DNA of 64,000 nt from Cenococcum geophilum (lineage: Eukaryota), in the NCBI GenBank assembly GCA_050273025.1, contig CP158636.1, positions 4,588,001 through 4,652,000 of the forward strand, read 5' to 3'. The position numbers were made by a program, and so were the translations under genes. Under the pieces are notes generated by a model. The model was not told where the DNA came from. It saw only the letters and a list, made by a program, of their open reading frames with translations, and made no database searches. Shown in pieces: positions 11,901-26,000 of this stretch; the first letter of the stretch is position 1, and each line of letters starts with the position of its first letter.

Positions 11901-14900
11901 ACTTTAACTTCTATATTATCGTTAATATTATATACCTTAGCGGTAAGCTAGTACTCTAAGTTATTAACTTCTTAACCTCCTTCTAAGCCGCACGTTTCTT
12001 AAAGGATATATTAGCTAGAAACGTATAGGATACCCTATAATTATACTAGATTAATATCTACTTAGGACCCCCTAATTAAATCATCTATAATATAAAAAAG
12101 AACTTCTTATCTATAGAGTTTTAATAATAGATAAAGGTAATGGCAATTAAGGTTAAGGAAGTCCCTATTAAGGCATATAATAGTATTAGAAAAGTAGAGC
12201 GATATTACACACTATTACGCCGTATATATAAGATTATCTCTTTAAAACTAAAGGACGCTAGTAAAAAACTTACCTTATAAATAGCTGTTAAAGCTATTAA
12301 TAATTTTGCTGGCCTAGATAGACTTATACCTATATTACTAGTCTTTAGCGCCTACCCTTAAATAACTAACAATTCTCTACTATCCCCCTTTATTATATAA
12401 TAAGCTAAGGCTATTTATAAGGCAACGAAGGAGGTATAACGTCTCTACGCTATACGCTAGGTTAATAATATACTAGGAATAAGAAATGGCCTAAATACCT
12501 TAACTACGCTTAATCTGCTACTCTAGTCTAAGGTACGCGTATAGCGTAAGAAGGGAGAATAGTTAGGCCTATATTAACTTATTATAATTAATAGTTAAAC
12601 TTATACTATTTAGATGCCTTACGGACCTACTTAATTCCGTTTAACTGTTATTAAGCCTTATTATAAAGATAATAGTTCTAAGCCTTTATAGGATGCTATA
12701 GAAGATACCCTAAAAAAGAGCTATAATTAATATGCTCTAGAAGGCGACCACAATTTTAATATAATTATAGTAGATATACCGCAACTATAACGCGGTAGAG
12801 GTCGCCTAAAGGGATTATAAAATTGCTAATATCTTATTAATTTTAAAGAGCATTTTGTTGCCGCCATTAAGAATAGAGTTATACTATTAATGGCCTTTAT
12901 AACAGCTAAGGAGAAGGCTAACTTTAAGCTCGCAAAACAGCTCTAAAAGGAAGATTATATTATAACTTTTAGAGCTCCTTTCTAAGTATCTAATAAGTAG
13001 GAGATCGATAGCCTTATTATAAGAGGAGTCTTTAAATTTAAGAAGTATAACCCTATTAAATTTAATAGAGTTCGCATCTTTAAGTTAAGAATAGTTAATA
13101 AGATTAAGGGCAAAGCTACTAACACCCTATTTAAGAAATTAAGGCTTATTATCTAAGGTTATAATAATAATAGTAAGGAGGTAATTCTTACGCAATCTCC
13201 TATAATTTAACGAGCTAGTTAGCAAGTTATTATTGCACTAGCTCCCTCCCTAATAAAGAATAGAATAGCGGTCTATTTACGAGATATTACTTAGGCCTAC
13301 ACCTAATTAGAGACGCACCTTTAGCGCTTAATATTAGCATACCTTCTAGAGCAAATTCGCTACTAATATCCCAAAGATATAATTATAGTTATACTTAAGC
13401 CATTATATGGAATTACAGAGGTAGGAACTTATTAGTAGGCTACCTATAGCAAGCACTATAAAGAGAAGCTTTTAATAACTACTTCTATATTTAATCCCTA
13501 CTTCCTTATTATAACTATAAGAACTTTATTTAGAATTGTCAGTATATAAACTAATAATATAATTATCTTAGGAGATGACTAGTTTTTAGCTCTTAAAGAA
13601 AACGAGCTAATAAAGGCAAATCTTATAGTAAAGCTAAAGAAAAAGCTTAATTTAATAACACTATTACTTTTTAATAGATGCATCCTCTCCCTAAATGAGG
13701 ATTCTATTGCTTTACGCTAGAAGGGTTAAGGCAAAAAGATTAACGTTATTAACGTTAACTCTCCAAAATAAGGATATGTGGAGTAACGCGCTCGCGGAGC
13801 TTATATTACTTCTATCTATTAACCTAAGGCTTTATTTAATCTCTCTATTGCCACCTAATACTAGGAACTAACTAAGGATAACGTTCTTGCCCTAAATAAA
13901 CGTCTTTTCTGGTAAATAAACTATCTTAATTAGGGACTACTCTACGTGCCTATTAATCTTCCCACTGCTAAGCTCTTTATATTTGTTAATAAATCGTTTA
14001 TAAATAATAAAGATTTTAGCTCCTAGCTAGGATATAAGATTATTATTACAAATAAATCTACTAGAGAGAATAACTTTACAATTTATAGTAATCTTATTTA
14101 TTAGAGTTTAACTAAGAGTAAATACGTTACTTAAAGCGTTCTAGCGTTAGAGATATATAAAATGGTTAGCGGAGTTAATATAGTAATTGCAATTGGAACT
14201 ACCTTAAAGATAATTATAGACCGACTTAAACTTTCTGTTATCTCTATAATCGTGTGCACCGACTTATATTCTCTCTATAAGTGTTTAGTTAAGCTTAGTA
14301 CTATAAAGGAAAAGCGCCTTATAATTGATATTATAGCACTTTAGTAATCCTATAAGTGTTAAGAACTCTTTAAGATTTAATAGATTAATAGCTAAAATAA
14401 CCTAGTAGATATAATAACAAAGGCGAACCTAAATAAGGCACTAGAGACGTTTATTAATACGAATACTCTATATATATAAGTTAAAGGTTAGGTTAAAAGG
14501 GAGTCTTTAGAAATTTCTTAGTTATGTAAGGTCTTAAGATATCTAGGAACTTTAACCGCCGGTTAAAGTTGTTTAATTAGCCAGATTTTATAGACCCTAA
14601 CTTAACCTAGCTAATTAGAATTTTCCATCCCTGGGATAAAAAATCGCTATTGGCTCGCTTATAAATAGCGCCTTGGCGGCCCTAATATAATATATACTTA
14701 TAACTCTAAGCAAGAAAGCACTATATGCTAAGAGGCAAATTTTAGGATAGTGAGACTTATATTATAATAGCAATAGTAAGTAAGGAGGATTGGTATTTGT
14801 TACGCTAGTTAAGCAGTATTTATATATAGATGGCAACTATAAAAGAAGAGTTGCTAGTGTCGGGAATAAGGCAAGCAATTATTACGTGACGCCGCGGCAC

Positions 14901-15023
14901 TAGCGTGGCGAGGAGTCTTAAGCTCCTCGCCCTCCCTTATTTTAATAAATAAGCTTTATTAACTAACATTACTGTAACCTACTCGAGTAGTCGTTATTGG
15001 TGAGTCACCCTATATAACTAATA
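8987..15023 (+). mobile_element. Full-length Copia retrotransposon (GalEa-type) family A, RIP-degraded
   Basis: 166-bp LTRs 8987-9152 and 14858-15023; TSD aatat (8982-8986, 15024-15028); ctaattagt (=CTGATCAGT) after the 5' LTR; order gag-PR (LDTRAA=DTGAA ~11340)-IN-RT (QTDD-like ~13550)-RH (EKRLIID, ORF 14162-14344). Confidence 0.95.
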
Positions 15024-15763
15024 AATATTCTTATAATATGGGATTAAAAATAGGCGCTTACTAAAGCGGTTAACTAGAATTATAACTATATTGTATTTAT
15101 TACGGTCTATAGGTAGCTTATAAAAGTCTATAAAGATATACTACTAGGGGCGTTTTAGTATTAGGAGTAGTTTTAATAGTCCTAGGGTCTTATCTTATAG
15201 GATTATAGATCTATAGTAGCTATTATAGTTCTATAACGGAACCTTATAGTAAGTACTATAATAGGCTCGTTAATGGGCTAGGTATATAGGTAATGTAAGT
15301 TAAAGTTAATAATGTAATAATAACTAGTAGAGTAGTTGCCTAATAGATTAACTCTAATTATATTCTAAGAATTACTATAAGGAAGGAACTATTTAGATAG
15401 GGATTAAAGGTCCTTAAATATATAACCGTACTCCTATAAAATCCTTCTTGTACGTAATATACATATGCTTTATCTACTTTATTACGGATTATATAGATTC
15501 TATAGATTATATAGATTACGTTACGTGACCTTAGCTACTATTCCTCGTTATATAGTTCTATCGGTTTTATTTTAGACTGTGCTTATATTAACTAACTAGC
15601 TTCTTTTAACTCTTCTCTAAGTAGTTATAATATTATACTTAAAGCGTCCGTAACATTATCTCCCTTCTCTTTATCTTTATTTTTAAAGATTTCTAATATC
15701 TCTAAGTTGTTTACTAGAGGTATAATATCCGTTTAATTAATTTAGTTAATATTGTTACTTATT

Positions 15764-16450
15764 ATACCTAAAGCAATTTCTTTATCCTTAACTACTTATT
15801 ATATTTACACCGTTGCCGCGATATTATCTTTTAGTGAGATTATACTATCTCCGTATTCTTATTATTTAAAAGAGGGGTTAGTCTATATTATATTGGCGAG
15901 TATATCTTTACAATAACCGTTCTTTTACTTAAAGTGCACTAAAGCGAATATTTATTTGTCCTATAACATTTGCTTTATTTCTAATGCTAAATATACGCAA
16001 CTTATTACTCTTAATAGTTATTTAGTTCCTTAACTAATCTATCTTAAGGTCTTATATTTAATCTACTACTATACGGCTAGATAATAAACTGTTTATTACC
16101 CTAGCGGAATTATATTATTTTTATAACGCAGAACGGGAGGCTGCTGATGCTTAGTAATAGGCTCTTAAGTCTCGTTTTACGGCGTTTACTTAGTTAATCT
16201 ATCTTAAGAAGGGTTATAAGAAGGTTCGTTTTAAGGAGTAGAAACTTATAGAATAAGGTTTATAGGAACTTAGCAATAAAAAAACGGATTTTCTTTTGGC
16301 CGAGAAGGAAACAGATCTAAGTAGCTTAGCAACTACTCTTCTTAGGTCCCCCTTGGGTGACTTATTTTTTAGTAATCCTTTTTTATTAATACTACCTAAC
16401 CTAATTTCTTTTAATACTCCTATACCTTTCTTATAGCGTTCTTTAAATTC
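15764..16450 (+). pseudogene. Antisense Zn2Cys6/coiled-coil gene of Gypsy-A copy 2 (7-codon insertion in the coiled coil)
   Basis: ata(=ATG) cct aaa gca at 15764; same exon/intron layout as copy 4; end approximate. Confidence 0.65.
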
Positions 16451-19229
16451 TCTAGTGGTTTCTAGGTAGTTTTATTATAGCCTATCTACTTAACCTTATA
16501 TTATATTTTATTATTAATGTCCTTATAACTAATAATCTTTAAAACTTACTATTTATCTTCTTCCTATCCTCTATATATATCTACTTTATAAACCAGTGGC
16601 TTAATATTTCTATATACTAGCTCTAGTATTGCGATGTGCTATATAGGGTAGATTTTTATCTTAGCTAGTAGGTCTAGCTTAAATATAACTAGTAAAATCC
16701 TTTATATAATTTTAAAAGGTCCTAGTCTAATATAGTCTAACTTCTTACTTAGTTATTAACTCTTAAAATTTTTGTGTAGTAGCTATACTTTATCTCCCTC
16801 CTTAAGATCTAGTCCCTTAGATCTCTTAGTATTATAGTACTTTTTTATTCTCTCTTATACTTTCTTTACTAATTCTATAAGGTTTGTATAAAGATTTATT
16901 AATATTTTTATTCTTTTCTTAGCTATGCTACTTATTTTCTTTACTTACTATAATAATAATAATAACCTTAGCTTATATCCGTAATTTGCCTTAAATAGTA
17001 ATATGCCTATTCCTTTTTAAGGTGTTATATTATATATAAACTATATAACTGGTAATAGCGATACCTAATTATTCTATATATAATTAATATAATGCCTTAG
17101 ATACTATTCTAGCGTCTAATTTAATCTCTCTATTTAACTATTTATCTGCGGATAATATGCGGTAAAAGTTACTGCTCTAACTCCTTGCTCTGCTAAGAAT
17201 ACTTTTTAAAATGCTATTATAAATCTTAAATCTCTATCCGATATAATTTTACTTAGTGCTCTATGTTTTAAAAATACTTCCTTAATATAGATTCTAGCGA
17301 TATCTTCCGCTAATATTTCTTCTATATATGCTATAAAGTAGCCCTATTTAGTTAACTTATTTACTATTATTAAGATTATATTATAATTTTGTCTGGTAAT
17401 AGAATCTCTTAACTTTGGTAACTTAATAATAAAGTCCTATAATATAATCTCCTATAGTCTCTCTAGTATTTTAATAGGTTATAGCCCTCTATACGGTTTA
17501 TACCTTATTAGTTTATTTCTTTAGTAATCTAGATATTCCTTTATAACTTTTTACGCTAAGCCCTAGATTCTATTAATAATATACTCCTCTTAAAGTCTTA
17601 ATACTAAGCCTATAGCTCTATTATGTCCTTAAGTTATTCCCTTATAGAAATCTTCTATAAAATGCTCTACTATGATTTTTAGGATATACTTTGCTTCTCT
17701 GTGTTTATACAGTATTTCTTCCTTTAGGTATTTTAACTGTTTTTTTAGCTGTGCCTTAAAGATTCTTTATGCCTAAAAGCTTTTTGGTGTCTTGTAGACT
17801 TTTCTTAGTTTATTATTTTCCTAAGTTGCTATAATTTTTGGATGATTATACCTGATTAATCCGTCTGTATCTTTTTATAGTAAAGCCCCTAATGGCTTTT
17901 TATTATTTTGTAGTTTAGCCTTTTAACTTAGAGCGTCTGCTTATATATTGTCTATACCCTTAGTATACTAAATCTTAAAATAGTATTTTGTAAGTATCTC
18001 TACCTATCTAACCTGCCTTTAGTTAAGTTCCTTTATTATTAGGAATCCTATTAGGTTTTTATAATCTATTTTAACTATAAATAGTTTTTCTATACCTTAT
18101 AAGAATGCTCTCTATTTTTTAAGTACTGTAACTATACCTAATAACTCCTTATTATAGATATTATAGTTTAACTCTAGTAGTGTTATTTTCTAACTATAGT
18201 ATGCTACTAGGTGCTATCTATCTTAATATTTCTGTATAAAGTATACCCCTAGTATAAAGTCTAATGTATCCGTTTCTATAACCGTTTCTAACTTTAGTTA
18301 ATAGATTTTAAGAACTGGCTCCTAAGTAAATAATTCTTTAACTTTCTTAAATAATTTCTGCTGTTTCTTTCCCTATGCCTATAGTTCTTCTTTCTTTATT
18401 AACTGCGTAAATGGTTTAATATCCTTTAACTATTACGCTATAAACCTTCTGCAGTAATTGTAAAACCCTAAAAATAACCTTAGCTGTGTTATATTCTCTA
18501 GTTTTTACTAATTTACTATAGCCTTAATCTTCTTTAAATCTATACCAAGTTGGCCTAGTTTAATAATAAATCTAATAAAATCTGTCTTCCTTATAAAGAA
18601 CTTGTATTTCTTAATTGCTACTAGTATTTATTTTTTCTATAGTCTCTTTAAGACCCATTTAACGTATTCCCCGTATTCTTCCTTAGTTATTAAGTAGATA
18701 ATAATGTTGTTAAGGTATACTATAATAAATTCATCTAAGTGCTCTCCTAATATATTATTAATATATTTCTAAAACATTGCTGGTATATTTATAAGTCTAA
18801 ACTATATAACTAATAGCTTATAAAGTCCTTCCTTTAATTTAAAGGCTGCTTTCCATTTATTACCTTTCTTAATTTTAATCTAATAGTACGCCTATCTTAG
18901 ATCTATCTTTGTAAAGATTTGCGTATTACCTATCTAATCCTAGATTTTGCTAATTAAGGGTAAAGAATACCTATTCTTTTAAGTGATGCTATTTAACTGC
19001 TTATAGTTAATGTATAACCTAAGTTTGCTATTTTTCTTTAGTATAAATAGTACTGGATAACCTACTAATAACTGCGATAGTCTAATATATCCCTTTTATA
19101 AGTTTTCCTAAATAAACTCTTTAAGTGCTCTAGACTTCTTTTCTGTAAGCTTATAGGTTAGAAAGAACCTTAGACTTATTCCTAGTTTTAACTCTATCTT
19201 ATAGTCCTATGCTATATATACTAACAGCT

Positions 19230-20081
19230 AGGAAGGGAGACGCGCAAGAGGTCAGCAAAGACAACAGCAAGACAGAGAAAGGAGCCAAAGTAGAACACGC
19301 AAGAACGCCGGGAAACCATCTACCGCAATGCAATACTGGTTGGACCAACGCTGGAGAGGCGAATGGGAGTCGAAGGTACAGAGGCTGACTCAGGCAAGAC
19401 GAACCCAAGCCATAGCATGGTTAACGCCATGGGGGGTAAATACCCAAGGGCTCTGAGAAGGCCTAACAAAGGCAGAAAACACAATAGCAACACTCTTAAG
19501 AACAGGAATAATAGGACTAAAAGATTGGCTTTACTGGGTGGGTGTCCTAGTAGGTAGCCCGAGATGCGAATGTGGCTGGCCAAGACAGACACCAAAACAC
19601 GTAATACTGCTATGCCCCCTATGCACCAATCGAGAAACAATGCTCTCAGCAGCTGGCACAGAGAACTATAATACACTGCTCTCAACACAAAAAGGCCTCA
19701 AGGCGGTCACCTAGTAGCTTATTAGTCAAAATGTGCTAAATCAGTTCCGGGTTGCAAGGGAAATGGTAATAGAAGGCAAGGGGGCGAGCAGCAGGTGCCC
19801 CCTAGTAACTCTACAGTAGTAGAGTAAAAGTTTGTGATACTAGCGCGTCCGTAGGCTTGTTACGGCAGCAGTGGTTCCCAAGGAGGTTAAACAGTAAGGT
19901 AGTAGAGCACCACAGGCGACTCGTAGGCGCTAAGTAGGCGAGTCCCAAAAGGCGGGGAGATGGATCACGGGGTTTTCTTATTTTTCTTAAATAGAGTTTT
20001 CTCCCCATATGTAAATAAGGAGTAGTCCGCGTGGGCCCAGTAGGGATCCGAATCGGACGTTAAGCAATGAATTATTATTAT
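19230..20081 (+). mobile_element. 5'-truncated Tad1-like LINE fragment (ORF2 C-terminus and 3' UTR), lightly RIPed
   Basis: 15-bp TSD tatatactaacagct (19215-19229, 20082-20096); (TTA)n tail; CCHC motif CECGWPRQTPKHVILLC at 19565-19615; homologous to the reverse complement of 60880-61735. Confidence 0.93.
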
Positions 20082-23000
20082 TATATACTAACAGCTTCTT
20101 ACTTTCTGGTAACTATAGTTTCTTACTATACTTATAGTATCTTTTTGGTATATAACTTAAGCCTCACTTAGTCTTTTTATATATTGCTCTGACTTAGTAC
20201 TATATTAACTTAGTTTACTATTATATCTTACGGCGTTAAGTATCTCTAATATTAACCTAACCTATAATCTAATTAATCTTTAGATTATATTCCTGTAACT
20301 AAGGCATTCCTAATACTACCTTATCCCGTCCTAATAGTAGGATATTAAAAGATATCTTAATTCGTCTTCCTTTAATGGTTATTTAAATAGGTCCTATTTT
20401 AAGATTAATAATCCCTCCTCTATAGGCTATTGGATCTCCTAAAATTGTAACTAATAGGTAAGGTTGCTCCTTCTATTTATAGGGTAATTCTATTCTCTTA
20501 ACTACTACTAGTAAGATATGGTTTCGCGTTACTCTACTATCTATTAGCGCTTTAAACTGCTGATTTTACTACTTAACTTATAAATTTAAGTGTCGTTCTT
20601 AAATTCCTTTAAGGGTCTAAGGCTCTACTACTGGCTCCCTCTAGTCCTATAGGCCTCTACTTTTCCTAACTATTAGCTACTTAATCCTACTATATTTAGC
20701 TTACTCTTTAGCTAATACCTAGTTTGCTTTTTGTCCTCTATATACCATAGATATATATTCTCTAGGTATTTCTACCACTATTATCTATTTAAGTATTCTT
20801 CTATAAGGAATCTTTCTGGCTAAAGTATTAAGTCTCCTAACTCTTAAACTTCTGTTAGATACTAGCCGTGTATATACTTAGTATTTTTATACTATTGCTT
20901 CTCTAGCGCCTAATATATCCTTATAAAGTATTTCTAATTCTTTTCCTTTAGATTCTTATATATCTTATATATATCGTCTATATATGCAATCCACGATAGC
21001 GTATAGTATGCTAGGTGCTTTGTGTTAACTTTTAACTTATCTTTATTTTTAAGTTTAAACCTTTGCCGTATTAATCTAAACGTTATAACTTTATTCGTAG
21101 GTACTAAAATATATCTCTCGCTTCTTTAGTCCTCTAATTATTTCTCTAGATCCTTTAACGTTATAATTAAGGCTCCTTTAATATAAGTTATAGCCTTCTT
21201 TATAATTGGGTGGTCCTAAATAACTCTTTTATCTAACTATATATAGAAATCTTCCCACTTATTATTATGTCGCTGTCTATACCACTTTTAGTATAGCTAT
21301 TAGAGTATATACGGCTTGTCCGTAAGAAAGTATCTTCTTATTACTATATTATAATAACCTTTTATATATCGTTCTTTAAACCTAGTAGGAATCCCTAGAT
21401 CCTCTTTATTTTCTAATTTAGTAAGCCACTTAGCTCTTAGTGTGCCTACTCTTAGCCTATTAGTAATTATTTATACTAGTGCTCTATCCCTTATATATCC
21501 TAATGTGCTAGATCTCTTATTTAGTTTCTGCTCTTACTATACAATAATTCTTTGTCTAAATTCTTTTATGGTTTCTTTTAGTTTGCGTCTTATAGATAGA
21601 TCCTTAAAGTCTTTTTACTTCTTAATCTTGGTGTTATATTCTTTAATAGTCCTTATTCTTATCTAAAAATCTTAGTCCTATAGGATTCTTAATCCTAAGC
21701 TTGCTTCTAACTTAAGCTTTACTCTAGCCTTAGTCTAACTAGGCTTTACTAGTGTTCTTATCTTATCTTAAGAGTCTTAAATCTCACTTATCTTATCTTA
21801 AGAATCTTATATTTTTAGGAAACTTCGTCCTAAGCTCATTCGTATATTACTAAACTAAGCTATTGCTCTACTTTATCGGTTATCGTCCGTTATGGGTCCT
21901 TAAGCTTACCTTATCTTATTTTAAGAATCTTAGTTATCTCTTATCTCGTCTTAAGAATCTTAAGCTTTTGGCCTTTTGCCTTTATTAAGTGCTAAAGTAG
22001 TTCACTGTCCTATTTCTCTTACGTCTTATAAAGCGATAGACATTATATCTAGTAGGGTCTTAATCCCTACTAATATTCCCTATTCTATAGTGGAATTATT
22101 CTCTACCTCTTATATAATATCTCCGAGGTCTATATACTTTTAGTAAGCCACCTTTATTACCTTATTATTGTAAAATGTTTCGCCTATATTAAATTTATTA
22201 TCCTTAATATCCGATTTATAAACTAGTTTGTTGGTTCCTCTATATTCTATTAAGTATAGCTCCTATAGCTAATAGCTTACGCCATACTTAGCGTCCTTAT
22301 AAATTTAGTATGCGTTATTATAACAAAATGTAAAACTTTTAATTAAATATTCTTTTGTTTCTCGCAGTATATTATTATCCCTCTATATATATATATCGTT
22401 TACTAGTCTTATCCCTTTTACTATATAGTAACTTTAACTACTTCTATAGTCTTTAATATAATAACCCTGTTTTCCGTAATTTATATAAGCCCCTTTTTTA
22501 AACTATTTTTTTTGTTATAGAGTTCGCCTAAACGTCTTCTACTACTAAAATCCCTAGTTCGGCCTCTGCTCCTTAGACCTTTAATTACTTAATCCTTATC
22601 CTCTAGGTTTTTATAGTCGTCCTTTAAACTATTTCTTTTCTTTAGTACTACTTAAGTCTATTAGCTCTGCGCTATACCATAGTTTCTAACTTAGTTTTAG
22701 TTATTGCGTACTTTACGCCTTATATAACTATAAAACTCTATCCTAACCTCTCTTAGCCTATTCCCTTTAGTAGATCCGATTATTAATCTTAATTACTTAA
22801 TCTATTAATTCCCGTAGGGTATCCGCATCTTTTATTAGAATAATTACGTTCTAAACTTTAGCCTTAAGTCCTTACTTATACTATACTATAAGCGCCTTAT
22901 TATTTTACTCTATTTATATTACTAACGTTTAGAACTATATTATATACTTAATTGCTAAGGTTCGTTACGTAATATCTTAGAGTTTTTTTTCCGCTATAGT

Positions 23001-26000
23001 TACTACCTCTGAGTCTCTAAATATTTGTATAAGTCGCTTTATAAACCCTTCCTAGCTTAAGAACATAAACCGCACCTCTTAATTAGTAGTTGTTATCCTA
23101 TTTGCTTATATCTCTATAAGGTAAAACTTAAACTACTTAAGTGCCCTTCCTAATAGGAATAGTCCCGCATACGCTATTTAATCTATAGGTATTAGTAGCT
23201 TAGCTCCTTTTTGCGTAACCTTAAAGTGCATTTATATAAGAAATCCTTTAAGCTTTAATCTTTCTCCTAAGTATCTCTTAATTGATGGTAGCTTAATCTT
23301 CGCTGCTTTTATCCTATTAACCCTCTCTTCTAGCGCCGCATTATTTATTATTAACTAGTTAACTATCTCTTATAGTTGTCTAACCGTTATAGGTTGCTAT
23401 AAGTTAGTATCTGCTATACTAGTGTTACCTCCTAACCTTAAAGTAGTTACCGCCGTTAATGGCTGCTTTTAGTAGTATATTGTTTGACTTTTTATATTTA
23501 ATACCGTAACTAGGTAGTAATTGTATAACGGAACCTTATAGCAAGTACTATAATAGGCTTATTAATAGGCTAGGTGTATAGGTAATATAAATTAAAGTTA
23601 ATAACGTAATAATAACTAGTAGAGTGGTTGCCTAACAGATTAACTCTAATTGTATTCTAAGAATTACTATAAGGAAGGAACTATCTAGGTAGGGACTAAG
23701 GGTCCTTAAATATACAACCGTACTCCTATAAAATCCTTTTTATACGTAATATACGTATACTCTATCTACTTTGTTACGGATTATATAGATCCTATAGATT
23801 ATATAGATTACGTTATGTAACCTTAACTACTATTCCTCGTTATATAGTTCTATCGGTTCTATCCTGGACCGTACTTATATTAACTAACTAGCTTCTTCCG
23901 ACTCTTCTCTAAGTAGTTATAATATTGTACTTAAAGCGTCCGTAATAAGTTCCGTATATAACGGTTAATATCTATAACTATTTTAGGCTAGTAGTAGTGG
24001 TTATTAATAATTTTACGGGTTTTATTTTTTAGGGTAGGCTATAGAGACCTAGGTATAAGCTTTAATAATAAGCTAGGTCTATAAGTTTTATTCCTTAGCT
24101 ATTACTAGCTATTTCTAGTACTTAAGTAGTCCGTTTTTAAGGGACTATAGGCTAGTAATTTTTTTTACCTTTTTATAGTACTCCTATAGAGAGGGGGTTA
24201 TTTAGTTGGCTTGTGGTAGTTTATTAATAAGGTTAAGTTTAAAGGAGTTAATAGGATATATTTTAGCGCCTAAGGAGTCTATACTTAGTTCTGCCTATAT
24301 TTAAGGATTAAGGTATTCTAGTTATAGTAGCGTTTAAGTCTATAATAGGATCTTTATAGCCGTCTAGTTATTTAGGTTTTATTTACGTCTTATAAGAGCG
24401 TTTATATGGTTTATAGCGCCTAGTTTATATATAATTAAGAAGTTAAATTAAGATAGGGTATCTGCCTAGCGTGTCTACTAGGCTATAAGGGCTTTAGTTA
24501 TTATAAAGTATTCTAGGGCCTTATAATCTAAAACTACCTTAATTAGCTTAGGGGTCCCCTTTAGCTATATACGCCAGAGCTAATAGCTAAAGATAATAGC
24601 TAGCATTTCTTTATTATAGATATAGTAGTTTAGCTTAGTATCTATTATAGTCTTTAAATAGTATATAATAGGGTGCTATTTTTTATTTAGTTGCTTTTAG
24701 GAAAAAATACTAGCTATTACGCCGTTTAGGGCGTTAGTTTCTAGTATTAAGGGCCGTTTTAGGTTAAAATAGGTAAATAAAGGAGCCGATACTAGCCGTT
24801 TTTTAAGCTTATTAAAGGCCTACCTATACATAGCGTTAAAGTAAAAGGGCTGGTCTTTTCTAGTAAGATGGTTAAGAGGCTAGATAATCCTACTATAGTT
24901 CTTAATAAAGCGTTAGTAGAAGTTATAAAAACCTAAAAATAATTATACCCCCTTTATAGTCCGCGGGGGTGCCCACTAATTAATTACGGCCGTTTTCTCT
25001 AGGTTAGCTTTAATTCTATTTATACTAATAATAAAACCTAGGTACTTTATACGCTTAATACTAAACTTTAACTTCTTAATATTAACTTAGAGGCTAGCCT
25101 TATAGAGCCGTTATAGGACTTTATAGATATACTCCTTATATTTTAGCTTGTTCTTAGAATAGATTATAATATTATCTAAATAGGCCGTATAGAAGTCGTT
25201 AAGGTAGTTAAAGAGTATATTATTTATATACCGTTAGTATATAGCTAGTCCGTTAGTTAGTTTAAAAGGGAGTACCTTATATTTATATGTTCTATAATAG
25301 GTCTAAAATATAGTAAGATTTTTAAACCTAAGGTTTATCCTAGTTTAGTGGAAGGCTTAGTAGATATTAAGCTTTATAAAGACCTTAGCTCTACTTATTT
25401 AGGCTAGAGTTTTATTAAATAGGGGCAGCGGATAGCGGCCCTTATAGGTTATATTATTTAGCTTATAGTAGTTAATACAGAAGCGGAGTTTTCTATTTAG
25501 CTTTTTAATAAAGAGAATAGGTAAGGTAAAAGGGGCTTAGCTAGGCTTAATAAAGCCCTTATTTAGGTTATTAATAATATACTACTTTAGAGCCTATAAT
25601 TTAGTAACAAACTGCTTATAAAGGGGGCTAAAGCTAAAGGTGTTTTTTTGCCCTACTTAATCTTAATCTTATAGATATAGGGTTAGTAAGGTAGAAGTAT
25701 ATTAGATACTACTTTAGAGAATATATTCTTAAATTTCTGGTGTTAATAGGGTAGCTTTTATTTTACTAGTTCCTTGTTTATAAGATCGCTTTTTTATCTA
25801 CTAAGCTTACCTTCCTTTTTCTTAATTATTTAATTAATTTTATATAAGCTAGTTATAAAGGCGATAGTATTAGGCTAAACTAAGTTCTAGTAGAATCCTA
25901 TAGTATTAATATAGTAGATATTAACTAGTAGAAGGTTTACTAGTTTCTTTACGGATATCTATTAGGTTATATTTTATAGTATAGAGTTTATAGTCTTTCT

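Larger units (their letters stand above)
15232..23947 (-). mobile_element. Full-length Gypsy-A chromovirus copy 2, RIP-degraded
   Basis: 424-bp LTRs 15232-15655 and 23524-23947; TSD agttc (15227-15231, 23948-23952); reverse-complement colinear with copies 1 and 4. Confidence 0.96.

Noticed and set aside
19199..20008. Four short ORFs in a GC-rich island, possible host or effector gene
   Set aside because: The island is a LINE fragment with TSD; the real frame (CCHC motif) is a different, stop-interrupted one.
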